From: Heptranchias perlo
Taxonomy: Eukaryota
Reading direction: 5' to 3'
DNA: 64,000 nt
Assembly: GCF_035084215.1 (NCBI RefSeq)
Contig: NC_090332.1
Coordinates: 36,022,001-36,086,000, forward strand
Shown here: positions 12,785 to 25,560 of the stretch, piece by piece
Numbering within the stretch: the first letter of the stretch is position 1
Layout of the letters: every line of letters begins with the position of its first letter
The notes under the pieces: generated by a model
Database searches by the model: none
The model's input: only the letters and a program-made list of their open reading frames with translations
Told to the model about the DNA's origin: nothing
Made by a program: the position numbers and the translations under genes

Positions 12785-13385
12785 AATAGAAATTGGTCCA
12801 TGGGCCTTATTAACATACTCGGAATAAGCTACCGCCATTGGCCGCCCCTCCAAAGGCAACTCACTTGAGCAAAGACATCAAAAATGTTTTTTTTAAACTT
12901 GCCTGGAGTTGGCAATTGCGGGGGCCGCTGAAGAATCCTCAGAGTGGCAGACCCGAGACCTGTCCAGATCATCACCGACTAATTTCTCGATTGGTGACCA
13001 ATTTCAACAAGCAAATTTACATATTTAAGGGACCTAATGACTGTTTTAGGCATTTGCTCGGGACACATGAATCTCCCATTTGTGAACAGCAACCAAAATT
13101 ATTTTCAAAAAAAAGATGTTTCACAACCTTGACATAAATAGGAAATGTCAGAATATTCTGACCACAAGAACAACAGTGAAAGGTGGAATTTCTTTTTAGC
13201 ATATCCTTGTCAGGCCCCGATGATGTCATTGGCCCAACTGTAATTTTCACTAGGAGGCCTGAGTGAGTTTCTCGTGAGGGCTACCCAGCGAGGAACTGGA
13301 TCAGGGCCAGAAGAAGCCCCAAAAGGTAAGATTAACTTTTAAAAAATTTCCTTGTGGGGTCAGGAGGAGAAGGAATGCATCCTCT
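12785..13385. mobile_element. Degraded Harbinger-type MITE
   Basis: Contains ccttgtggggtcaggaggagaagga and aaaaggtaag blocks shared with the MITEs at 34125, 38420, 43380 and 55870. Confidence 0.45.
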
Positions 13386-13439
13386 TTGTCTTTGTTTTTC
13401 TTCTCTATTGTTTTCTGATTCTATTAATAAGCTTGTTCA

Positions 13440-13558
13440 TCTTTTATTGTTCAGTTTCAGAGATGGGCCCAGCTCGAAATGACGACTTGTTGATTCTTTC
13501 CAGAGATGCTGACTGACCTGCTGTGTGTTTCCAGCATGTTTTGTGTTTTTTTTTGTTT
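13440..13558 (+). mobile_element. Penelope-like element terminal remnant with a decayed hammerhead core
   Basis: ...gggcccagctcgaaatgac...cagagatgctgactgacctgctgtgtgtttccagcatgttttgtgttttt resembles the common fish/shark PLE terminus; the CUGAnGA core is degenerate. Confidence 0.5.
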
Positions 13559-14297
13559 TAGGCTAGTTGTGCTATCAGTTAGTTAAAGATGTTTCCGTTC
13601 CAATGTAATCAACTTCTCCCAAAATAGGAAGGCACTGACAAGAATTGCTACTATTGTTTAATGTGGCCTTTACTTTAATATGACCCGTTCACACAGTCTG
13701 AACCTTTTCAGAAGCTCTGTGTATTGTAATATAAATAACAATTAAAACAATGCTGAACTTGTAGTTCACATTTACTTGTTTCTTTCAAGAGCGTTTGCTT
13801 TGATGTACTTTCATTAAGATTAGCCCTTTATATGTGTCTGTTATTGTTTTGTTTGTAGGAAAGTTATTGTGAAATTCTTAACTAAGCTGTTTGAAAATAA
13901 ATCATTTTGTTTAAATGGTATTACATGGTAGCATTCATTTGTTTAAATGAAGGTTACATTACTTTTGTATGAAGAGATTTTAAATATGTTCCAAACACAG
14001 CATAAGGAAGCACAGAATGAGAAACGGCCATTTGGTCTATTTAGCTGGTTCTTTCTCCCCAAAGGCCATGTACAGTCTGCTCCATTATGATCTGTGCACA
14101 ATTCATTCAATCTCCTGAAGAAAGGTTCTGCAAATTTGCTCCTGCTCCCCCAAGGGTGAATGGACAAAAACTGCAAAACATCTACCTGATTGTTCATCCT
14201 GCATTATTTATCGTTGATCTATAATTCAATTTTACTTTAAATAGTGTTGTTTTTTATACTTGTGGCCTATATATCACTGAAGTCAAAACAGATTCAG

Positions 14298-14755
14298 CTA
14301 GAAATTGGTTTGAATTGCGCCTATTTTTTGGGTGTAAAACAGGCGCAAAACATGCCAATTTAGCAGTGGGACGGTCTGCGCCCAATCTGCGCAAGTGTTG
14401 GGCCTGCCCCGCTCTGGATTCTTCAGCGCCCCACGTGGCCGCCAACTCGAGATAAGTTAAAAACTTTTTTTTGTTATGACACCCATCATGTGGAGCCAGG
14501 AGGAGCAGGATTCGCAATCAGCCCCTCCTCCTATAGACCGCTCCAATCCTCCGTCCCGGGACTTACCTGAGGGTCGCTGCATTTGAAGCAGTCGGCTTGA
14601 CATTGAAGTCTTTGTTCTGGCAAGCTGCCTGTGGAGATGCGACAAGCACCAGCAGCTCGCACAAAGTATGCTGAAGAGGCCCGAGGACCAACTTTCATCA
14701 ATCCTCTGACCTCACAGTCCAAGTGTGCACTGGTCGCTCAGCGCTGAGTCTGGGC
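14298..14755. mobile_element. Degraded Harbinger-type MITE
   Basis: gctagaaattgg start, GC-rich body with gtggagccaggaggagcagga and acttacctg blocks as in the other MITEs. Confidence 0.45.
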
Positions 14756-15516
14756 CCATAAACGGCCATCATATTGCCATGATATTACCAATATCGTAGA
14801 GACAAGGGGGTTCTACAGGATATTTCATCTATTAAAATGAATGGGACTCACTGACCTCCACAGTAAAATTCACGACATGTGCTCCTGGTAGACAAAACTC
14901 CATGCCAGGAATTCAGGAAATTGCCCCAATAATATCAGCACAGAGCTGCCAGCAGATCATACACACCAGGTTGCTTTAATGTCAAATTATCTAAGAAATG
15001 TCTCACCTGAATTCATTAGGCCATATGGCACCAGGGAGGAAAACAATGACAAATGGTAATTAGAAGAGGCTACAGAGAAAACTTGGCATCTGAGTCATAG
15101 CAACAGCCATAATCTCAATCGCATCATTAAATTGATTATGTCATTGAGAACATCATTGAAGTACAAAAACTTATAATGAGACTGTTGTTGGCAGTGACTA
15201 TGAATTGGTTATGAGCAAACTGAAGCTCAATCTTCTACAATTCCATAATGAACCATAATCAACCAAAGTATTATTGATGGTGTTCAAGGTTAACCAAGAC
15301 ATATTAGGGCCAATCTTCTTCTGGATTCTGCACCTGGGCAATAGGCAGGCGGAGCTAATGTGCTGTGCCTGAAATTACCCACCTGTAATTGTGGGTTTAA
15401 ATCATTTAAATGGCTCAGATGCTCATCAATAAGCCGGTTCCTCCTGTCAAGGCCTAGCACTTGGAAGTGGAGGATGGAAAGCCGGCAGCTGCTGTGGTTG
15501 GACCCTTTGGGCTGTT

Positions 15517-15618
15517 CAAAAACAGACCCCAGAAGATTTTTCACTGATCCCTAGCCTAGTGTCCCTATAAGAACACTAGGCTAGGGATCAGTGAAAAAAT
15601 CTTCTGGGGTCTGTTTTG
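15517..15618. repeat. Near-perfect ~45-bp inverted repeat with 10-nt loop
   Basis: CAAAAACAGACCCCAGAAGATTTTTCACTGATCCCTAGCCTAGTGT-ccctataaga-ACACTAGGCTAGGGATCAGTGAAAAAATCTTCTGGGGTCTGTTTTG; the arms differ only in homopolymer length. Confidence 0.95.
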
Positions 15619-15744
15619 GATCCTACCTGTTTGCAGGAGAGGGCTGCTATAGGGCCTAAGGCCTACTTTACTGGGTGGCCCTCAAAATGGGCATGCCACT
15701 GTGATACTGGAGGAAAATAAATAAGGAGGCCAGAATACTCCCTG

Positions 15745-15839
15745 AAGTCAATGGAAATGAAAATCGGGAGAGATGTATAACGGGCGGCTGAATCAATATC
15801 ACCATTTTACACTGTCGCCCAAAGTCAAAATCACCCCCC
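15745..15839 (-). mobile_element. Short Harbinger-type mini-element
   Basis: Reverse-complement match to the 3701 and 32885 copies; ends in aaaatcaccccc. Confidence 0.55.
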
Positions 15840-17004
15840 AATGACAACAAAGCTGAGCAGGCTAAAGCTCTTGAGTTTTAAAGTCTGAAAGCAACATGTT
15901 TAATAACAACTGTCTCCAGCTTTGATTAATCAGCAGTAAAACATCTGTTTTATGACACAATATCTCTACTAAGCGACCTATGCTCTGAAAATGAAATGCA
16001 GCCAGCGTAGAACAAAATATGCCTAAACCTTCCATTTCAGAGGGGAAAAGCTGAGCCATAGGGGGAAAAAAATTATCTTTGATGTGGCTATGCTGATTAT
16101 GTTAATTTGATTGCAATTAAACAAATAAACTTCAAGAGAATATTATAGTAGTGGTCCACGATGCAAATACATGCCATTCTCACCACAATGCTCTTTGTTA
16201 TTATAGCACTATCCTCGCTGTAAGACAATTGGATCTTGGCTCCTGACTCGTCCATATTATACTCAGTTCGATATAATATATTATAGTAAAGGAAACGTTT
16301 GGGTGTTATAAACAAGCTTTCACAAACTTTCAAAACATTTTGAGTCAGAAATGGTACAAGAGAGAAGGAGTTACTGAATATCTAAAATTAACACTGAGAC
16401 AAAATATCATGTTATATTTCTACATATGCCCTTCAAAATGAAAATTAAATTTTAGGCTTTCCAAAAAATACATTAAATGGATCCCCTTGTGCACCATTAA
16501 TTTGAAACTTGTTTTGAATCGCTTCTGTGGATGTCACATGAATTGACATATGAGATTGAATAAATGTACAGGAAAAGAAAGAACGCATACAAGATGCAGC
16601 AGCCTGGATGAAGAACTATTAACCCATAATTCAAAACATGTTATTTGAAGCTAGCAACACAAGAAAAACAAGGAATGAGAAAAATCTAACTCAACCACAA
16701 AACAAGCATTTAAACACATCCTAGTTCTCTATTCATAATTAACATATTGTACTCCCCTTTTCAATTATTTACGCTTTACCTCACATTGCTCTTTGTCTAA
16801 TTCTGGACTTGCAAACCTTTAATAGCTCCTATAATAAATACTTGTCTCGCTGTTTTCTAAATCAGCCAATTGTTAACAGGTTGACTGCACCATGTGATTT
16901 TTCAGGGTTGAAAAATCCCACTCGTGACCTAAGCAGGTGGCAATAACTTTCTAACTTCATCAAGATAGAAAACAAACTACCTTGTAAGTTATGTTCTTTT
17001 CGGC

Positions 17005-17145
17005 TGCCTTTATATTCCAGTTGCGCTGCTGGCTCCCAACATATGGACCTTGAGCAGCCAGCTCTTTATTGGATCTTCCCACTAGCACTGGTTCTCCAAG
17101 AGCTCTTCCAATGACAGGGACACAATCCCGGCAGTGACGTCATGA
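17005..17145 (-). promoter_or_regulatory. Candidate Pol II promoter module (CRE, two CCAAT boxes, TATA)
   Basis: TGACGTCA at 17135-17142, CCAAT at 17108-17112 (plus) and 17068-17072 (minus), TATAAAG on the minus strand at about 17014-17008, in promoter-like order. Confidence 0.3.
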
Positions 17146-18558
17146 CACAATGGGTTGACTTTAAGGTGACCGATTCCGTCGGGTGGGAGGTAGACGGTGC
17201 ATTCCTTCCTGAAATCGCCTACCTTCTCTCTTCCTCTAGGTTCTTTCCAGGATGAAGTATCATCTGGGGGCAGTCAGGACACCAGCAATTCACAACAGGT
17301 CATATCACACACTCCATCTGGAACAACACCCATCAAAGATCCAAGCATCCCAGGGCATTAAGATAATGAGTTTGAGGAAAGAGAACCAGGTGATGTACCC
17401 ATCACAAATGAGGAAGAACAAGGAGAAGTGGCAGCCAAAGAACAGCAAGCGGCTGCCCAGGGCCACAGACCCAGGGATTCCTCTGCTATATGGGCAAGAG
17501 ATTGGAACCCTACTGTTCTGCCTTTGGAAGGGAGATGGTAATTTAGAAAACAAGCCTTCATGACATCTTTTGAGACTGCACTGAACGTGCAGCAAAAGTC
17601 ATTAGAGAAGGTGTAGCGGTGGAGAAAATACAAAGTAAGACTTAAAATAATGCAGAATATGACAGAAGTATTTAAAATTATGAAAGGATGGGATAGGGTA
17701 GATTGAAATAGACTGTTTCCTTTTGTTGAAGGATCTAGATCGAGGATCTATAGATACCTAGATACAAGCCTCTGTAGACGACAGGCAGTGCTTATATTGT
17801 GGTCTTAAAGGGATAGAACAGGTTAACCTCAGCTTTGTCTTAGCTAGTCACATCTGTACTCCAGACTAGCTATGAGCAAGCCACAAGAGAACCATTAGTA
17901 TTTTACGAAATGTCCAAGCAAGTAATAAATATGTTGAGGAAATTCAATTAGAAAAGCCAGATTACATAATGTCAAACAAAAAGGTTCATTTCAACAGCCC
18001 TACTCTGGCAGCCTGCCCTACAGGGTTATTTCTCGGAAGCTGGTCGTTGTCCCATACTCTGTCCATTATTTCCCTAATAATGCTTAAAATATTTGTTTGG
18101 TTTTTGCGATGTGGTAGAGTATATATATAAAACTGGCTACAGTGTGTATATGGATACTTTTAACCCAGCAGCATAATGGGGATAGAATTTTAGAATGAAA
18201 ATCAATTAAAATTAATAGGGAAAGATACATTCTCATTCTTCACAGACTCTTAGTGGGTTAAATTGGGTTAAAACGGGCATGGGGATCTCGGAATTTGATT
18301 AACCCACGCCTGTTCATAGCGATGCAGGCAGCATATTAAATTTGTGCTGCCTGCTGATTTAAATGATTGCCGCGTGCAGCCAGCGCTCCCTGTTCATTGG
18401 ATGCACGCATCAGCAGGGATCCCAATATCGCAAGTGGCTAGCGCTATTTAAAGGCAGTCTGCACTTCTTAAAGGGGAGGTGCATTGTGGCTGCAAGAAGT
18501 GGTGGAAGTCAATTGTGAAGTGAATCTGTGCTGTAATATATTGAAGAAGGGCTAAACA

Positions 18559-20300
18559 TGCGCGAAAGCGTGCACCAAGGTTCTCTGATAATGCACTGGA
18601 GGCCTTGATGCAAGAGGTGGAGGGAAGAAGGGACATTCTGTATCCGCAGGGGAGGCTCCAGACATATGCTGAGGAGGCAGTTGGAGCAAATAGCGGAGTA
18701 GGTCAGTGCCAGGCACTTTGTTCCAAGAACATGGATGCAGTGCAGGAAGAAGTTCAACAATCTGACATGAGTTGTCAAGTTGAGTGAGTTCAATCTTCAA
18801 TGGCATATCCTACCAAATACACCATTAGCCTCATCCACTGCTCAATTCACCATACCCCCATCACCCACTTACCAACAATCTCTATCAACCAGTACTCAAC
18901 CCTTCAATTCATATGCTTTACCTCTCCCTCACACACACGGCATTGTTTCAAGTCTCACACTCACAACCCACAGCTGACACACACACACTGGCAGCTATTC
19001 AACCATGACAGCCACATCACCCAAACATCTTGCAGGACGCTCACTGACGCATTTCCCTCTTTCTTACAGGAGAAGGTGGCACATAACAGGAGGCAGCAAC
19101 AAACAACTGGAGGAGGACAAGCACACCTACACTATTTAACCCCCATGGAGGAGACAGTGCTGGCCATCATGGGAAGGGGCATTGCCTAGGCCGTGGCCAC
19201 TGGCGGTGCTGGAGGGATCGATGACGAGGGTCTCTGCATACCTAATCCTCCTTCTCACTTTCCAATTCTCCCTCATCCCACAATCTTTTCTGACTCACGT
19301 GTTGCAGATGGTGTAAGCATGCACTTCTTACTTTCTCCTCTCCCCTCACCGCAACCCAACTCATGTCCCTTTGTCATTTTAGATACGCAAGAACTGGTAC
19401 CTTCCCAGTCAAAGGAGGCAGAGGAAGGTGACAGTGATGATAAAGACACACCGTCACTTGATCTTACACTCACAGCTACCAGCTCAGAGACTGACGCTAT
19501 GCGTGCATTAGAGGTTAGGATAGAAGAGGGATCTGTACATGGTGAGACATCGGGCACAAGTGTGCAGGAGCCAGGGTGGGGGGAAAGGATACCTCAGGTG
19601 CCAGCTCACTGGAGGGCAAGGTCGCACACTAGTTATGTTGCAGAGGATTCAGATGAGGAATTCGAAGGCCCAGGCTACAGTAGAAGGCTGATGGACATAC
19701 ACAACCAAATGCTTGGTGCAATGGAAAGCCTGCCAGAAAGTCTGCGCACAATGTCAAGGAGCATGGAGGAGTCCAGCTTCAACTTGGCACAGGGCTTTGC
19801 GCAGAGCTTGGAGCCCATCCTTTCCCACATGGAACGGGTGGTCACCTCAGTCAGCACACCTGTGGAATCCACCATGATACAGCATCTGATGACCGATGTC
19901 ACAGCTTCCATCAAAGGTCTGACTGCTGCACTGGAAGCTCAGACTGCTGCTATCGTGGCTCTGGGTACCACTGATGAAAGAAGCTTCTAGGACATCACAG
20001 CAGTCCAGCAATCTGTTCTCCAACAGATCGCCAGGATTGCTGAGGCGCTGCTTCAGGAGAGTTGCAGTGGCACCATGGAAGACGATCCTGCTGTCCTCTC
20101 TCAGGATGACTGCATTCCTGCTCCCACCCCTGACATTCCACCAATACCCTTGCTGTTTCCTGTCAGCCAACCAGCCCAGGCTGCTGTAGCCCAGGCCGAA
20201 ATGGTGAAGTCTGAAGCTTGAAGGTCAGCAGCCTTCCACCACCCATGCTCCAGCCACTGGGGAAGCACCTTGTAGGAGCACAATGAAAGGTAAAGACACA
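18559..20300 (+). pseudogene. Harbinger Myb/SANT-like DNA-binding protein gene, three exons, frameshifted
   Basis: RAPRFSDNALEALMQEVEGRRDILYP in exon 1 (donor mutated at about 18779); cttacag|GAGAAGGTGGCACATAAC starts exon 2 at 19070; attttag|ATACGC starts exon 3 at 19383 with acidic and coiled-coil-like sequence (ORF 19193-19990). Confidence 0.8.
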
Positions 20301-20535
20301 TGAAAGACAGGAACTAAGGGAATGCACAGGGGTGAATAGTTTCATTTTGTATGCATTATTTTATAAGTGAATTTATAAATGTGGATTTGAATTTGCATTT
20401 GGTGGTGGTTTTTATTTCTATGGTGAGCTGAGGAAGGAACCAATCCGTAATCATAAAAAGGACGATGTGATGGTCAGTGAGAGATGAAAGGTAAGGAGTG
20501 TGGGACTGTTGGTGAATGGGGAAGTGTAGTTGAGG

Positions 20536-21691
20536 TTATTGATGTCGCTCATTAACGATCTGATCACATAGAGCCCTGGCCGAAAGGGCCTGTCTACGTT
20601 GTAGCCTCCCTTCCTCTTCCTCTTCCTTCACTTCCTCCTCCACTTCCTCCTCCTCCTCCTCTTGCTCGTGCTCCTCAGGTTCTCGCCTGATAGGCGGTGA
20701 CAAGGGCTGTTCCCTCATAATGGCCAGGTTGTGCAGTATGCGACATACTACCACAAATCTTGATATCCACTCAGCTGAATACTGCAGGACTCCTCCAGAG
20801 CGACCCAGGCAGTGGAAGCGTTGCTTGAGGATGCCGATTGTTTGCTCTATAATGTTACTTATGGCAGCATAGCTCTCATTGTAGGTCTGCTGTGTACATG
20901 GGTTCCTGACTGGAGTCATAAGCCATGTCATGAAGGGATAACCCTTGTCACCCAGTAGCCAGCCTTTGACTTGCCGCACTGGTTCAAATACAGGTGGAAT
21001 AGCGGACTGCCGCAGAATGAACGATTCATGACTGCTGCCAGGACAGCGGGCATTGACCTGCATGCGCTGCCTGGTGGTCACTCACCAGCTACACATTGAG
21101 GGAGTGGAATCCCTTTCTGTTGATGAATATGTCCGAGTTCAGATGTGGAGCTCGCAAGGCAATGTGCATTCAGTCAATGACACCCTGCACCGTGGGGAAG
21201 CCTGCAATCCATGCAAAACCTTGTGCTCGCTCTTCCTTCTTGTCTCTAGCAAAAGGGAATGGGATGAATGTATTTCTCATTGTATAGAGAGCCTCAGCGA
21301 CCTCCTTTATACAACAGTGCACTGCAAACTGCGAGATGTTGCTTATATCTCCAGCAGCAGCCTGAAAGGAGCCAGAGGCATAAAAACTAAGAGCAACGGT
21401 CACAGGCAATGCTGTCCTTGCTCTGTTTTGACGCTGTAGTTGTGGCTGCCGCAGTTGATAAATTTTAGTCACAACCTCTTTTGTGAACCAAAGATGTCTG
21501 ATTCACTGGTCATCGCTGAAGTTGAGGTAAGAGAATTGCTCCCTGAAGACCTTCCTTGCATATGGCCTCCTGCTGAGTGCCCTGCTCCTGCTCCTCCTCC
21601 CTCTTCTTGCATCTTGTCCTGCTCTGCATGGCCTCATTTCATTCTCCCAGTCATGTTCAATTCCCAGAGGAAGCTCTAACAGGCCACCCAT
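20536..21691 (-). pseudogene. Harbinger (HARBI1-family) DDE transposase, frameshifted
   Basis: ORF pieces contain ALSFYASGSFQ, GFPTVQGVID, PGSSHES, WLLGDKGYP, IEQTIGILKQRF, ILHNL and a poly-Glu tail. Confidence 0.92.
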
Positions 21692-23189
21692 GTCTGGAAG
21701 CTACTTTCTTCAGCACTATATTTTAAATGCCACTAAAAGTATTGCAAGACCAGCCAGACCACTGCCTGCAGAGTACTGAAGCTTTAGCCAAGTATAGGAA
21801 ATCTCCAAACACACGTACAATTGCACCAGCAGCTAAAAGAAATAATTCAGCAACTAACCTGTAAGCACTTCATGATCCCTTCAAATAGCGCTGGTGGGGG
21901 GTCCTTTATGCTGTTTAACGTTGTGTTCAGATGTGTAAGATTAAGACAGGGCGTTGGCTGGAGTGTGGTGGTGCAAAATGGCAGCGGTGGCTTCAAATCA
22001 GCCTGCACTCTGATTCATGTTGTGATCTCGCTGCTCTGCATGCTGCTGGCAATCGTTAGGCGTGCACGTGCAAACCCCTTTACCAAGATGGCGTCCTGTG
22101 CACTTCCCGTTGGAAGTGTGCGCCTGCATCTTGGTCCCCATTTTCAAGTCTTAGTTGTCCGCATAGCACCTAAAGAACGGGTGCTACACAGCCCAATTTA
22201 ACCCCCTCAGCTTTTATATCCATATATCAATAAACTAATGTTCATGGCTGGAGTTCAGCAGCCATTTGTTTCTCCTAGAAAGCCTTGATAAGAGTAACAT
22301 GCAGCACTGCAACACCATACCTTGGTGTTAAACTCACCAATCTCTAAACAATTGAATGTTTATCTGGCTTTAGCTGTTTGAGATCAACACTGTCAACCTC
22401 TGAACTTCTGGATTTGTTTTAAATATGTCTAATGTGTATTTTGAGACTGTAATATAATCCATCATTAACATTTAACCTGTTCAGAATTATATACAAATGC
22501 TTAAATCAATGTAACATAATTATATTCTTACAAGAGTTCAAGAACGTAATTTTAAGTCCTTTTGTCTTATGAACATTGACATTTAAGATATAGATACAAC
22601 ATAATTGTATTGTTCAGGGCATTTTTCTTCCATAGTGTAGCTTTTATCGAGAATAAATAGAATCTATTATCTGAATTGTCAATCATAAGGACTGCCTGTA
22701 TTCCTTTGTGCTCTGAGCTGTGCTAAAACTAATTTGCTTTTTGACTACATTGTGTTGTACTACAACTTGGTTCATACTTTAAAAACAAATTCTATTCCAT
22801 TACTCGTCCATTGTCTGAGAGAAAGGTTCATAAACCATAGGCAGTGAATGGGACTAAATAGTGGGACTGTAAATTTATAGTGAAGGATCCCTGAGGTTCT
22901 GCCAAATGGAAGACTGTACTGATTACTGATTTACATTGCTGCCTGTCAGAAATATCCATATTCCACATACTTCTTATTTCAATTCCCCATAGTCCAACTG
23001 CAGTGAAATATCTACCTATCTATTTTAATATATAAAAATGGAACATCAGTGCACGCAGACGTCAAACTCCAAACATCATACTCCAGGTATCACACTTTAT
23101 TGGTAAAACAATACCAAATTTCAAAGTGAAACTTCCAGCTGTGTGTTGTTTTTATTTATACTGAGAATTTAAGAACAACAATTGTAATA

Positions 23190-23900
23190 TGGGACCCATG
23201 CGTTTGATGCCCATTGTAGGGAAGTTGCATTGTACAGTGTGTGATTTTTGATCACTTGGAGAGTTCAGCAGTCATCAGGGATTCTTGGCATTGCTTTAGG
23301 AAGTTTAGGCCCTGCTGCGCTAACCCAATTGAGTTCTTTGAGGGACTGACCAGAATGGTGGATAATCGCAGTTCTTTTGATGTTATGTACCTTGATTTCC
23401 AAAAAGTACCACATGGACAGCAACTGGAAAAAAAATCAATCATACGGAATTATAGGACAGCTATTATGTTCAGCAGGCAGCTAGCTGAAATCATGTAAGC
23501 AGACTGTTAATAATAATGGGAATGCATCTGATTAGGATCTGGTTGTGAATGGAATCTCATAGGGCTTTGCATTAGGAATATTGTGTCCAGTTTGGGTCCC
23601 AGGTCATAGTGAAGGCTATTGAGACTCTAGAGAAGATGCAGAGAAGGGTAACTAGCATGATATTTAACTTCAGAGCTCTTAATTATGATGTTAGAGTTAG
23701 GGCTATTTACTTTGGAGAAACGTAGGGCTAGAGCGGATATGATTGAGTTTTTTTAAATGTTCAAAAGTGTTGGGTTCAGTCCAGTTGGATAAGTTATATG
23801 AGATGGATAGGGACGTTAGGACTTGTGATCATGCATATAAAATCCATAGACAAAGAGTTGGGTTATATGCCAAGAAGCATTTCTTTCTGCAGATACTTAT
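23190..23900 (+). mobile_element. Old decayed CR1 fragment
   Basis: IEFFEGLTRMVD...DVMYLDFQK in ORF 23241-23498 and degenerate C-terminal motifs. Confidence 0.7.
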
Positions 23901-23954
23901 TGCCCTCTGAAACAAACTGCTGGAACATGTGGTGGGTAAGAAGTTATTCAAGGT

Positions 23955-24171
23955 GCCAGCCATGGCTCAGAGCAAGGGAGTTTTCCCATTATCCCAGCCA
24001 ATATTTATCCTCAACTAACATCATCAAAACAGGTTACCTGGTCATGAATCTCATTGCTGTTTGTGGGACCTTGCTGTGTGCAAATTGGCTGCTGCATTTC
24101 CCTACATTACAACAATGACTACACTTCAATAATGCTTCACTGGCTGTGAATCACTCCTGACGTTGTGAAAG
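23955..24171 (+). mobile_element. Deu-domain tRNA-derived SINE, internally deleted
   Basis: cagccatggctcag head joined directly to attgctgtttgtgggaccttgctgtgtgcaaattggctgc, matching the 25139 and 36016 copies. Confidence 0.7.
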
Positions 24172-25138
24172 ACCATTTTTCACCGGAAATGACAGGGCAA
24201 TTTGCGATGTCCTCCAAATATCATCAGATGTATTTCTTGTAATTTCTGCCCTAGCAATGCTGGACACTAAGAATGCTTGTGAATGCTTGACTTCCAAGGT
24301 TGCTATGGCAGCAAAGGAGAGTGGAAAGGGGGGGGAGATTAAAAATTAAAGGATTATCTTAGCCTCAGGCTAAGTCATTATTCAAAAAAAATAAAATGCA
24401 TTTTCATCTTGGGTCTGCCTGAAGCCACTAACCATGTTGCACCACGGCAGGCAGCTGAGGGTTGCTGCAGCCAGTCTCTGCCTGTCTAAAATATGCAAAT
24501 GATCCCGTAAGACTGGCCAGGGCCAGGGGCAGGCCTTTGGGCAGGCGGAACTCCAACCCAATCAAGTAGCTCCAGTATTCTATCAAAGTGGAAAACCCTA
24601 GACTGGGTAGCAGATCACTGTGAACGTTTTTAGATACCCATATGCAGGGCAATTTGATAGCGGTGTGGAGCCAGAGGTATAAGTCAGGGTTATCAGCCCA
24701 CACTGCTCTGAAGCACGTACTGGTACCAAATTGATAGCCTACAATGCAAAGCTGTGATTAATATCATGGTCGGACTTATATAGTTTTACCTTAGTTTATG
24801 TACTCTGTATCATAGATGGATGATGGTCTTAAGTCCATTGAGAACATGAGCATGAAGCCCGAGTGTTGTGAAACTAGTACTTCTAAAGAATGGAATAATA
24901 AATATTTCTGAATAGACAACATTGCAAGGTTTTCTCTAATTATAGCAACGTACTCTATCAGCAGAATGCATGTGATCCTATTTACTGCAGGGCAGGCTCA
25001 ACTGGAAAGTCATTAATAACATTTCAGGCTGGAATTTTATTTTGCTACAGAAATCTGTGTATACATTCTGTGCTCAACCATAGCCAAAAACAAGCTTTGT
25101 CTTCACTTGTCTTAGTCATTCTTAAAGATAATAACGTA

Positions 25139-25560
25139 AAAGAAAGAACTTGTATTTATGTTGTGCTGTTCACAACCTCAGGACATCCCAAAGCACTTTA
25201 CAGCCAACGAAGTACAGTCACTGATGTGGTGTAGGAAACACAGCGGTGTCCCACAAACAGCAATGTGATAAATGATCAGATAATCTGTTTTAGTGATATC
25301 AGTTGAGGGATGAATATTGACCAGGGAGAACTCCCCTGCTTTTCTTCAAAACTGTGCTATGGGATCTTTTACATCCACCTGAGAGAGCAGATGGGGCCTC
25401 GGTTTAACATCTCATCAGAAAGATGACACCTCCAACAGTGCAGCATTCCCTCAGTTCTGCACTGGAGTATCAGCCTAGATTTATTGTTTGGAGTGGGACT
25501 TGAACTCACACCCTTCTAACTCAGCAGGTGAAAGCACTACCACTGAGCCATAGCTGACAC
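25139..25560 (-). mobile_element. Deu-domain tRNA-derived SINE, full length
   Basis: The minus strand begins gtcagctatggctcagtggtag (A box) ... gagttcaagtccc (B box), has the central Deu-like block, and ends with an aaatacaagttctttctttt tail. Confidence 0.85.

Larger units (their letters stand above)
18253..22206. mobile_element. Full-length PIF/Harbinger DNA transposon (copy 1)
   Basis: TIRs GTGGGTTAAATTGGG / CCCAATTTAACCCCC, flanks TTA/TCA (TWA-like TSD), two convergent genes: Myb/SANT (plus) and DDE transposase (minus). Confidence 0.92.

Noticed and set aside
13455-13490. Second hammerhead ribozyme
   Set aside because: The CUGAnGA box is mutated; kept only as a decayed Penelope-like terminus.
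17240-17640. Plus-strand exon with a strong acceptor and an acidic Ser-rich frame
   Set aside because: In-frame TAA at about 17358; composition resembles a decayed Harbinger Myb-gene last exon, so it is not called as a host exon.
20536-21691. Domesticated HARBI1 or MSANTD/NAIF1-type host genes
   Set aside because: All three transposase/Myb pairs are frameshifted and lie between TIRs and TSDs, so they are transposon copies.
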